From assembly GCF_002149015.1 (NCBI RefSeq), contig NZ_NGFO01000003.1:116779-148778 (forward strand): a stretch of DNA of 32,000 nucleotides, read 5' to 3'. This document shows positions 24,631 to 32,000 of the stretch, one piece after another. The notes beneath the pieces are model-generated. The model had not been told where the DNA came from, made no database searches, and worked only from the letters and a program-made list of their open reading frames with translations. How positions within the stretch are numbered: position 1 is the first letter of the stretch; every line of letters begins with the position of its first letter. Origin of the DNA: Gordonia lacunae. GTDB taxonomy: Bacteria; Actinomycetota; Actinomycetes; Mycobacteriales; Mycobacteriaceae. A program made the position numbers and the translations under genes.

Positions 24631-25380
24631 ATGGCGGGTTCGGGTGTGCAGACCGTGTCGAGGGCGCTGGCCGTTCTCGGTTGCTTCCGCGGTGGGGACG
24701 AGCTCGGTGTCACCGACGTGGCCCGGGCGCAGGGCTTCGCGCTCAGCACGACACACCGTCTGCTGACCGCGCTGGTCGATGCCGGCTTCCTCGAGAAGAC
24801 CGCGGAGGGCGGCCGATACCGCCTTGGCGGCGCGCTGGCGCAGTACGGCCAGATCGCCTACCGCCAGCACCGGATCTACCTCACCGAACCCCATCTGGAA
24901 CGGCTCGCGGCCACCACCGGCGCATCGGCCTCGGTCGCGATGCGATACGGCAACGAGGTCGTCCTGCTCGGGACGAGCCGCTGGCGCGAAGCAGAGGGGC
25001 ACGCGCTCCAGGGCGTCCTGCTGCCGCTGCACGCCTCGGCGCTCGGCAAGGCCCTGCTCGCCTTCTCCCAGGTCGGCCACGACGAACTCGAACGCCTTCC
25101 GTATCTGGACGGCACCGACCGTGCCGTCCGGACCGCCGACGAGCTCGCGAAAGAACTGACCCTCACCAGGGAACGGGGCTACGGCTTCAACGACGAGGAG
25201 CTGGCGGCCGGCCACCGCACCATCGGACTCCCGATCTTCCCGGCCGATGGTGGCACCGACGTGCGTTTCGCCCTCGGTATCCGGGGCAGCACCGAACTCA
25301 TGAGCGCCGAACGCATCCCGTTTCTGGTCGACCTCGGCCGGTCCACCGCCCGCGACATCAGCGTCGCCCTGTCGCAGTGA
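24631..25380 (+). CDS. IclR-family transcriptional regulator, 249 aa
   Basis: N-terminal winged-HTH region (VQTVSRALAVLGCF...LGVTDVARAQGFALSTTHRLLTALVDAGFL) and a C-terminal IclR effector domain. SD GGGAGG/GAGGAG lies upstream. Confidence 0.9.
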   Translation: MAGSGVQTVSRALAVLGCFRGGDELGVTDVARAQGFALSTTHRLLTALVDAGFLEKTAEGGRYRLGGALAQYGQIAYRQHRIYLTEPHLERLAATTGASASVAMRYGNEVVLLGTSRWREAEGHALQGVLLPLHASALGKALLAFSQVGHDELERLPYLDGTDRAVRTADELAKELTLTRERGYGFNDEELAAGHRTIGLPIFPADGGTDVRFALGIRGSTELMSAERIPFLVDLGRSTARDISVALSQ

Positions 25381-25404
25381 GCGAAGAGGTCTAGACTCGA
25401 TCCC

Positions 25405-28400
25405 GTGCCAGCCTTCAGCCCCCTCGAATGGCCGGTGTTCCGCCAGCTGCGGTCGGGCGACGTCTTCGGGCGCGGACCGGCGGTCACGTCGGCGAAGACA
25501 CGCGGCATCGAGCCGCGCACCGCCACCGCGGACCGGGTGGTCCAGAGCGTGTGCCCGTTCTGCGCGGTCGGCTGCGGGCAGAAGGTGTACGTCAAGGACG
25601 AACGAGTGGTCCAGATCGAGGGCGACCCGGACTCCCCGATCTCCCGCGGCCGCCTCTGCCCCAAGGGGGCGTCGAGCGAGCAGCTGGTCAACAACCCGAT
25701 GCGGCAGACCGCGATTCGTTACCGGGCCCCGTACTCGACCCAGTGGCAGGATCTCGACCGCGACACCGCGATCGACATGATCGCCGACCGTTTCCTCGAG
25801 GCCCGGCGCCGCGGATGGCAGGACCGCGACGACGAGGGCCGGCTGCTCCGGCGCACGATGGGTGTCGCCTCGCTCGGCGGCGCCACCCTGGACAACGAAG
25901 AGAACTACCTCATCAAGAAGCTCTTCACCGCCGCGGGCGCGATCCAGATCGAGAACCAGGCGCGCATATGACACTCCGCGACGGTTCCCGGTCTGGGGGC
26001 CTCGTTCGGACGCGGCGGCGCAACGCAATCACTGCAGGACATGGCCAACGCCGATTGCATCATCCTCATGGGTGGCAACATGGCCGAGGCGCACCCGGTG
26101 GGTTTCCAATGGGTGTCGGAGGCGAAGGCCAAGGGCGCGAAGGTCATTCACGTCGATCCTCGCTTCACCCGCACCTCCGCGGTGGCCGACCGGCACATCT
26201 CGATCCGGGCCGGGTCTGATGTCGTCCTCCTCGGTGCGCTGATCAACTACGCCATCACGCACGAGAAGTACTTCCGCGAGTACGTCGTCGCGTACACGAA
26301 CGCGGCGACCCTGATCGCCGAGGACTTCCAGGACACCGAGGACCTCGACGGCCTGTTCTCCGGGTTCGATGCGGAGACCGGCGAGTACGACGCGACCTCC
26401 TGGGCGTACGAGGAGCCGACCGCGGCCGCCGACCATCCGACCGGGTCGTCGGGCACCGTCGACTCGCCCGGACATCCCGACGACGGGCCGCGCGTGAAGG
26501 ACCGCGCCGTGGGTCATGAGCACGGTTCCGGCGGACCGCCACTCGAACACGGCGCGACCGTCCGCGACGACACCCTGGAACACCCGCGCACCGTGTTCCA
26601 GATCGTCCGGCGCCACTACTCGCGCTACACCCCCGAGATGGTGCGCGACATGTGCGGGATCTCGTTGCGCGACTTCGACTATCTCGCCCGGGCCGTCACC
26701 GACAACTCGGGCCGGGAACGCACCACCTGCTTCGGGTACGCGACCGGCTGGACCCAGCACACCTTCGGCGCCCAGTTCATCCGCGCCGCCTCCGTCCTCC
26801 AACTCCTACTGGGCAATGTCGGGCGTCCCGGTGGCGGCATCATGGCGTTGCGTGGGCACGCGAGCATCCAGGGGTCCACGGACATCCCCACTCTGTTCAA
26901 CCTGTTGCCCGGGTATCTGCCGATGCCCTCGGCGGGCAAACACGACAGCTTCGGCGAGTACATCGACGCGATCACATCGAAGGCCGAGAAGGGTTTCTGG
27001 GCCAACGCCGAGGATTACGCGGTGAGTCTGCTCAAGGCGTGGTTCGGCGACTCCGCGACCGCGGAGAACGACTGGTGTTACGACTATCTGCCCCGGCTCA
27101 CCGGGCCGGCCGGCACCTTCCAGACGACGGTCGACATGCTGGCCGACAAAGTCGACGGCTACTTCGTCCTCGGCCAGAACCCGGCGGTGGGCTCGGCCAA
27201 CGGCCGCCAGGCGCGGATGGCGATGTCGCATCTCAAATGGCTCGTCGTCCGCGACCTCAACATGATCGAGACGGCGACCTGGTGGAAGGAGGGCCCGGAG
27301 ATCGAATCCGGCGAACTCCGCACCGAGGACATCGCCACCGAGGTGTTCTTCCTCCCCGCGGCCACTCATGTGGAGAAGGCCGGCTCGTTCACGCAGACCC
27401 AGCGCATGGTGCAGTGGCGCCACCAGGCGGTCGAACCGCCGGGTCAGTGCCAGAGCGAGCTGGACTTTTTCTTCGAGCTCGGACGCCGCATCCGCGAACG
27501 CCTCGCCGGTTCGACCGACGAACGTGACCGCCCACTGCTCGACGTCACCTGGGACTATCCGCTCGACGAGCACGGCAATCCCGATCCCGAAGCCGTCCTG
27601 TCGGAGATCAACGGCTACCACGTGACCGGCGAAGACGCCGGCAAGAACCTCACGTCCTACACCCAGATGAGGCGGGACGGCTCGACCGCGGGCGGATGCT
27701 GGATCTACACCGGGGTCTACACCGGCGCGGACACCGACGGGCCGTCGAACTCGGCCGCCCGCCGGGTCCCGCAGGGCGGTGGTGGCGTCACCCAGCACGA
27801 GTGGGGCTGGGTGTGGCCGGCGGATCGTCGAATCCTCTACAACCGTGCGTCGGCCGACCCCGACGGCCGGCCGTGGAGCGAACGCAAACGGTATATGGAA
27901 TGGGACGCCGACGCCGGACGGTGGGTCGGTCCCGACGTACCCGACTTCCCGGTCGACCTGGCGCCCGACGCCCGGCCCGACCCGTCGGTCGGCGGCGTCG
28001 AAGCCCTGTGCGGCGATGACCCGTTCGTCATGCAGGCCGACGGCAAGGGCTGGCTCTACGCCCCGCGCGGGCTCGTCGACGGCCCGTTGCCGACGCACTA
28101 CGAGCCGCAGGAATCCCCGGTGGTCAACGCGCTGTATCCCCAGCAGCAGTCGCCCTCGCGAATCCTGTTCCCGCGCCCGGACAATCTCGACGCGCCCAGT
28201 GGTGAGAGCCCCGGTTCCGAGGTGTATCCGTTCGTGTTCACGACGTACCGTCTCACCGAGCACCACACCGCGGGCGGCATGAGTCGCTGGACGCCGTACC
28301 TGTCGGAACTGCAGCCGGAGATGTTCTGCGAGATCTCCCCCGAACTCGCGGAGCAGCGCGGTCTGACCAACGAGGGCTGGGCGACGATCGTCTCGCCGCG

Positions 28401-28728
28401 CGGCGCGATCGAGGCGCGGGTACTCGTGACCGACCGCATGCTGCCGCTGACGATCAACGGCAGGCAAGTGCATCAGGTGGGGCTCCCCTACCACTGGGGC
28501 GTCGGTTCCGACGCCGTCGTCAGCGGTGATGCCGCCAACGACCTGATCGGGGTCACACTGGATCCGAACGTGCAGATCCAGGAGTCCAAGGTGGGCTCCT
28601 GCGACGTCATCGCCGGGCGCCGGCCGCAGGGCCGGGCACTGCTCGACCTGGTGCGTGCCCATCAGGAGCGCGCGGGGGTCACGGTGGAGACCGACAACCA
28701 GCACATCACCGGGAAGGCGGACGAGTAG
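25405..28728 (+). CDS. fdhA: Formate dehydrogenase catalytic (alpha) subunit, molybdopterin enzyme with selenocysteine at the in-frame TGA 25969-25971, 1107 aa
   Basis: ORFs 25405..25971 and 26041..28728 are in the same frame (636 nt apart). Reading through gives IENQARI-U-HSATVPGLGASFGRGGATQSLQDMANADCIILMGGNMAEAHPVGFQWV, which mirrors E. coli FdnG DNQARV-U-HGPTVASLAPTFGRGAMTNHW...GGNAAEAHPVGFRW. It has the N-terminal 4Fe-4S motif CPFCAVGCG...CPKG. Similarity to FdnG continues to the C-terminus (TTYRLTEH, GLPYHWG). GTG start; the frame is closed upstream by the IclR stop. Confidence 0.9.
25983..26001 (+). promoter_or_regulatory. SECIS apical hairpin (cis-acting RNA element for Sec insertion)
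   Basis: GGUUCCC (25983-25989), loop GGUCU, GGGGGCC (25995-26001): 7 bp including two G-U pairs. It starts 11 nt after the UGA. Spacing, the GGUU 5' arm start and the GGUC loop all resemble the E. coli fdhF SECIS as I recall it (UGA-N11-GGUUGCA-GGUC-UGCACC). Confidence 0.7.
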
Positions 28729-29763
28729 ATGGGGCAGCTGTCCGGACCATCCGATCCCAGCGCCGACGCACACTGGAGCACCCACGAGGAGCGCAAGGGG
28801 TTCTTCACCGACACCTCGATCTGTATCGGCTGCAAGGCCTGTGAGGTGGCGTGCAAGGAGTGGAACGGCAACCCGCGCGACGGCGACCTCGCGCTCACCG
28901 GGATGTCGTACGACAACACCGTGGCGCTCGGCGCGAGTACCTGGCGTCACGTCGCCTTCGTCGAACAGACCGCCGACCGCATCGCCGAGGCCCGCGACTC
29001 CGGCCGCATGCTCGTCGGACTCGGGATGCCCGCGATGCCCTCCTCACCGTCGGGCGAGCCCTCCTCTCCGCTGGTTGAGCCGGCGAGGAGCGGAGCGACG
29101 AGCCGAGTCGAAACCACTCCCCCCGACACCCCCGAGTTCCGCTGGCTGATGTCGTCGGACGTCTGCAAGCACTGCACGCACGCCGGGTGCCTCGACGTCT
29201 GTCCGACGGGCGCGCTGTTCCGCACCGAGTTCGGCACCGTGGTGATCCAGGACGACGTCTGCAACGGCTGCGGAACGTGCGTGGCCGGATGCCCGTTCGG
29301 CGTCGTCGAGCGTCGTGCCGACGGCACCGCCGCCCCGACGACCCGTTCCGGCGAACGCAAGGGGGAGCAGCCCGAGGTGCCCAAACGCGGTGTCGCGCAG
29401 AAGTGCACGCTCTGTTACGACCGGTTGCTCGACGACGAGACACCGGCCTGCGCGAAGACCTGCCCGACCACGTCGATCAAGTTCGGCGACCACGACGATC
29501 TCGTCGACGACGCGCACGCCCGCGTCCGGGCGCTGCACGAGCAGGGCATGACCGAGGCGCGGCTCTACGGCGCCAACCCGAACGACGGTGTCGGCGGCAC
29601 CGGATCGGTGTTCCTGCTGCTCGACGAACCAGAGGTCTACGGACTGCCGCCGGACCCGCGGGTGTGCACCGCGGACCTGCCGGCCATGTACAAACGCGCC
29701 GGGATCGCCGCGGCCGGGATGCTCGCCGCCGCCGCACTCTCGTTCGTGCGGGGCGGCCGATGA
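28729..29763 (+). CDS. Formate dehydrogenase 4Fe-4S (beta, FdnH/HybA-like) subunit with C-terminal membrane helix, 344 aa
   Basis: ATG immediately after the alpha TAG. Ferredoxin motifs CIGCKACEVACKEWN, CKHCTHAGCLDVCP, CNGCGTCVAGCP and CTLCYDRL...PACAKTCP. C-terminal hydrophobic helix AGIAAAGMLAAAALSFV. A roughly 55-aa Pro/Ser-rich insertion is absent from E. coli FdnH. Confidence 0.9.
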   Translation: MGQLSGPSDPSADAHWSTHEERKGFFTDTSICIGCKACEVACKEWNGNPRDGDLALTGMSYDNTVALGASTWRHVAFVEQTADRIAEARDSGRMLVGLGMPAMPSSPSGEPSSPLVEPARSGATSRVETTPPDTPEFRWLMSSDVCKHCTHAGCLDVCPTGALFRTEFGTVVIQDDVCNGCGTCVAGCPFGVVERRADGTAAPTTRSGERKGEQPEVPKRGVAQKCTLCYDRLLDDETPACAKTCPTTSIKFGDHDDLVDDAHARVRALHEQGMTEARLYGANPNDGVGGTGSVFLLLDEPEVYGLPPDPRVCTADLPAMYKRAGIAAAGMLAAAALSFVRGGR

Positions 29764-30872
29764 CCTCGTCGGAGTTCGACTCGTTCCGCCCGCCGGAGCC
29801 GCCCCGGCGGCGCGGGCGGGGTTTCGGCCGCGGCGGACAGCGCAAGCCACGCAAGAACGTCGGCCAGGGCTACGGCAACCGCGAGATGTCGATGGTGCCC
29901 GACGCCGAATTCACCTCGTACTATGGGCATCCCGTCGTCAAGCCGCCACCATGGGACGAAAAGGTGGCCGCCTACCTGTTTCTCGGTGGCGTCGCCGGCG
30001 GTTCGGGAGTGTTGGCCGCCGGCGCACAACTCACCGGGCGGGACACCCTGCGACGCAACGCCCGCCTCGGCGGTCTGGGCGCCGTGGGCCTGGGCGCGAT
30101 CGCGCTCGTCGCCGACCTCGGCCGGCCCGACCGGTTCTACAACATGCTGCGCACGTTCAAGGTGACGTCACCGATGAGCGTCGGTTCGTGGATCCTGTCG
30201 GCGTTCAGTGGTGCGCTCGGCGTGGCCGCGGTCGGCGAGATCGACCGGATGACCGGGGCGCGCCTGCCGCTCGGACCCCTGCGTCCGGTGTTGCGCGCCG
30301 TCGAGGCCCCAGCCGGGCTCGCCGCCGGCCTCGCCGGTCCGCCGCTCGCGGTCTACACCGCGGTGCTGCTCTCCGACACCGCCGTGCCGACCTGGAACGC
30401 CATGCACCGGGATCTGCCGTTCGTGTTCGTCAGTTCCGCGAGCCTGGCGTCGAGCGGGCTGGCCCTGGTCACCACGGCGACCGAGCAGGCCGGGCCGGCA
30501 CGCACGCTGGCCGCGATCGGCGTGGTGGGCGACCTCGCCGCGACGCGTCTGATGGAACACCGGATGGACCCGGTGACCACCGAACCGATGCACGACGGCA
30601 CCGCGGGCAAGCTCCTGCGCTGGAGCGAGCGACTGGCCGTGGCCGGCGGTGTGGGCGCGCTGTTCAGCGGTCGATCCCGGCCGCTGGCCGTCGCCTCGGG
30701 ACTCGCACTGCTCACCGCATCGGCCTGCACCCGATTCGGCGTCTTCGACGCCGGCATCGAGTCGGCCAAGAACCCGCGCTACACGATCGAGCCGCAGAAG
30801 CGCCGCCTCGCGGCCCGTCGCGCGGCGGGGATCACCGACGACTCGATCACCACCGGGCCGCCCGCGCCCTGA
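29760..30872 (+). CDS. NrfD/PsrC-family integral membrane subunit (quinone-interacting, heme-less type), 370 aa
   Basis: ATGA overlap with the beta subunit. Eight or more hydrophobic segments with NrfD-like blocks (YLFLGGVAGGS, LVADLGRPDRFYNMLR, SPMSVGSW). The Arg/Gly-rich N-terminal tail (PPRRRGRGFGRGGQRKPRK) precedes the first helix. Confidence 0.85.
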   Translation: MTSSEFDSFRPPEPPRRRGRGFGRGGQRKPRKNVGQGYGNREMSMVPDAEFTSYYGHPVVKPPPWDEKVAAYLFLGGVAGGSGVLAAGAQLTGRDTLRRNARLGGLGAVGLGAIALVADLGRPDRFYNMLRTFKVTSPMSVGSWILSAFSGALGVAAVGEIDRMTGARLPLGPLRPVLRAVEAPAGLAAGLAGPPLAVYTAVLLSDTAVPTWNAMHRDLPFVFVSSASLASSGLALVTTATEQAGPARTLAAIGVVGDLAATRLMEHRMDPVTTEPMHDGTAGKLLRWSERLAVAGGVGALFSGRSRPLAVASGLALLTASACTRFGVFDAGIESAKNPRYTIEPQKRRLAARRAAGITDDSITTGPPAP

Positions 30873-30884
30873 GCACACCCCTCT

Positions 30885-31110
30885 CTGAGGAGCGCCCGGA
30901 GCGTGCGGAGGGCGCCTCACCCACCGCTCCCTGAGGTGCGAGGAGCGCCCGGAGCGTGCGGAGGGCGCCTCACCCACCGCTCCCTGAGGAGCGCCCGGAG
31001 CGTGCGGAGGGCGCCTCACCCACCGCTCCCTGAGGAGCGCCCGGAGCGTGCGGAGGGCGCCTCACCCACCGCTCCCTGAGGAGCGCCCGGAGCTTGCGGA
31101 GGGCGCGTCA
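30885..31110. repeat. Tandem array of ~4.8 copies of a 46-bp unit (one 53-bp variant)
   Basis: CTGAGG occurs at 30885, 30931, 30984, 31030 and 31076 (periods 46, 53, 46, 46). The unit is CTGAGGAGCGCCCGGAGCGTGCGGAGGGCGCCTCACCCACCGCTCC. Each unit can fold (GAGGaGCGCCC ... GGGCGCCTC). The 53-bp copy carries an extra TGCGAGG. Confidence 0.9.
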
Positions 31111-31146
31111 CGAAGGGTCTGCGTTGCCTCTCACCAGGACCCTTCG
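31111..31146. terminator. 9-bp stem hairpin between the repeat blocks, candidate bidirectional terminator
   Basis: CGAAGGGTC (31111-31119) and GACCCTTCG (31138-31146) with an 18-nt loop. It is followed at 31151-31180 by an inverted partial copy of the 46-bp unit (the reverse complement reads CTCCGCTCCCTGAGGAGCGAGCGTGCGAGC). Confidence 0.35.
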
Positions 31147-31220
31147 AGACGCTCGCACGCTCGCTCCTCAGGGAGCGGAGGTCTTTCGCGGTCCACGACG
31201 GCTCCCAGGCCGCAGATACC

Positions 31221-31320
31221 GAGGTGCGAGGAGCGCCCGACCCACTGCTCCCTGAGGTGCGGGGAGCGCCCGACCCACTGCTCCCTGAGGTGCGAGGAGC
31301 GCAAGCGACGAGCCACGAAG
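31221..31320. repeat. 33-bp repeat x~2.5, a deletion derivative of the 53-bp unit
   Basis: GAGGTGCG occurs at 31221, 31254 and 31287. The unit CTGAGGTGCGAGGAGCGCCCGACCCACTGCTCC equals the 53-bp variant minus its central 20 nt (GGAGCGTGCGGAGGGCGCCT), with 2 substitutions. It ends in CACGAAGGGTC, also found at 31109-31119, abutting the selD stop. Confidence 0.85.
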
Positions 31321-31322
31321 GG

Positions 31323-32000
31323 TCAGCGCAACGTGATCCCGAAGCCCGCCACGGTCTCGCCGATCACCGGATAGCCCGGGACCTCGCCGACCACGAGCAG
31401 CCCGCCCGAGGTCTGTGCGTCCGCCAGGAACAGCAGGTCGTCCTCGGCGACGCCCGGGTCGACCGTCAGATGCGGACGCACCCAGTCGAGGTTGCGACGG
31501 GTGCCACCGGAGACGAAACCGTCCCGAAGCGCCTGCGCCGCGCCGTCGACCGCGGGTACCGCACCGCGCTCGAGGACCGCGCCGACGCCCGATGCGCGGC
31601 ACAGTTTGTGCAGGTGCCCGAGCAGACCGAAGCCGGTCACGTCGGTCGCCGCGCGGACGCCGGCCGCGACCGCGGCTGTCGATGCATCGCGATTGAGCGT
31701 CGTCATCAGGGCGATCGCCTCGTCGAACACCTCACCGGTCTGCTTGTGCCGGTTGTTCAACAGTCCGACGCCGATCGGTTTGGTCAGGGTGATGGGCAAC
31801 CCCGGCTCGGCCGCGTCGTTGCGCAACAGCCGGTCGGGTTCGGCCACCCCGGTCACCGCCATGCCGTACTTGGGTTCCGGATCGTCGATGGTGTGCCCGC
31901 CGATCACCGGACAGGCGGCCTGCGCCCCGACGTCGAGACCGCCGCGCAGCACCTCGGTCATCAGCTCCATCGGCAGTACCTCCCGCGGCCAGCCGACCAG
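31323..32000 (-). CDS. selD: Selenide, water dikinase (selenophosphate synthetase), C-terminal part; gene continues past the window end
   Basis: The AIR-synthase-like SelD C-terminal half is present: PVIGGHTIDDPEPKYGMAVTG, LTKPIGVGLL, ATDVTGFGLLGHL, SGGTRRN, DAQTSGGLL. The frame stays open to position 32000. Confidence 0.9.
   Translation of the reverse strand: MVGWPREVLPMELMTEVLRGGLDVGAQAACPVIGGHTIDDPEPKYGMAVTGVAEPDRLLRNDAAEPGLPITLTKPIGVGLLNNRHKQTGEVFDEAIALMTTLNRDASTAAVAAGVRAATDVTGFGLLGHLHKLCRASGVGAVLERGAVPAVDGAAQALRDGFVSGGTRRNLDWVRPHLTVDPGVAEDDLLFLADAQTSGGLLVVGEVPGYPVIGETVAGFGITLR

Noticed and set aside
25969-26041. Reading fdhA as a pseudogene, or as two separate genes (188 aa + 895 aa) split by a stop.
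   Set aside because: - The TGA is exactly at the conserved Sec position of formate dehydrogenases.
- The frame is continuous.
- A SECIS-like hairpin follows at the canonical distance, and selD is adjacent.
31100-31220. tRNA-Sec (selC) or another tRNA hidden in the non-repeat core next to selD.
   Set aside because: On neither strand could I find an 8-bp acceptor stem, a 7-nt anticodon loop presenting UCA, or a GGTTCGA-type T-loop. The local hairpins are explained by the repeat units and the 9-bp stem.
30885-31320. CRISPR array.
   Set aside because: - The repeats are directly abutting, with no unique spacers.
- Unit lengths of 33, 46 and 53 bp are variants of one another.
- No cas genes are nearby.
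30168-31602. ORFs translated across the repeat array: 30168..31019 (-), 31048..31374 (+), 31131..31316 (-), 31168..31602 (-).
   Set aside because: - Their 'proteins' are just the translated repeats (reiterated RRPPHAPGAPQ and PHPPLPEERPE strings).
- They overlap the well-supported NrfD-type and selD genes.
1-32000. Mobile elements, prophage, an integrative island or defence systems.
   Set aside because: - There are no integrase, transposase, recombinase, phage structural, restriction-modification, toxin-antitoxin or cas-like genes.
- There is no flanking tRNA and there are no long terminal inverted repeats.
- GC content and codon bias are uniform apart from two short promoter regions.

Overview
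About 68% GC, very high third-position GC, no rRNA or tRNA genes, no CRISPR, no transposase or integrase. It reads as ordinary actinobacterial chromosome, probably Corynebacteriales (Gordonia, Rhodococcus or Mycobacterium-like); that placement is inferred from Rv2466c-like and Rv0194-like proteins recalled from memory. I support 27 CDSs in five blocks. (1) 82-7452: amidase and CodB/NCS1 permease, divergent from mmsA, an Fe-alcohol dehydrogenase and glycerate kinase. (2) 7598-12666: monothiol Rv2466c-like DsbA protein, SDR, an orphan GIY-YIG-like protein, and a TetR-MFS pair with a 26-bp palindromic operator. (3) 12727-20606, minus strand: a tightly coupled 8-gene organosulfur operon, comprising an Ssu/Tau-type ABC importer, a DszB-like protein that keeps the Cys/His/Arg triad, two divergent SsuD-like flavin monooxygenases, a class II aldolase-fold protein and a Cys-less cytoplasmic binding-protein-fold paralog. 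(4) 20714-24466: a fused TMD-NBD-TMD-NBD ABC exporter. (5) 24631-32000: IclR regulator, a selenocysteine formate dehydrogenase (the ORF track splits it at an in-frame TGA that is followed by an fdhF-like SECIS hairpin), a 4Fe-4S subunit, an NrfD-type membrane subunit, a ~440-bp modular 33/46/53-bp repeat array, and convergent selD. I see no clear defence or mobile system. The items most worth a second look are the DszB-like/dual-LLM sulfur operon, the signal-less Sec-FDH with an NrfD anchor, the modular repeat array, and a recurring pattern of short tandem duplications that each contain a gene's TGA stop codon. All homology calls come from motif recognition by eye; no searches were run.
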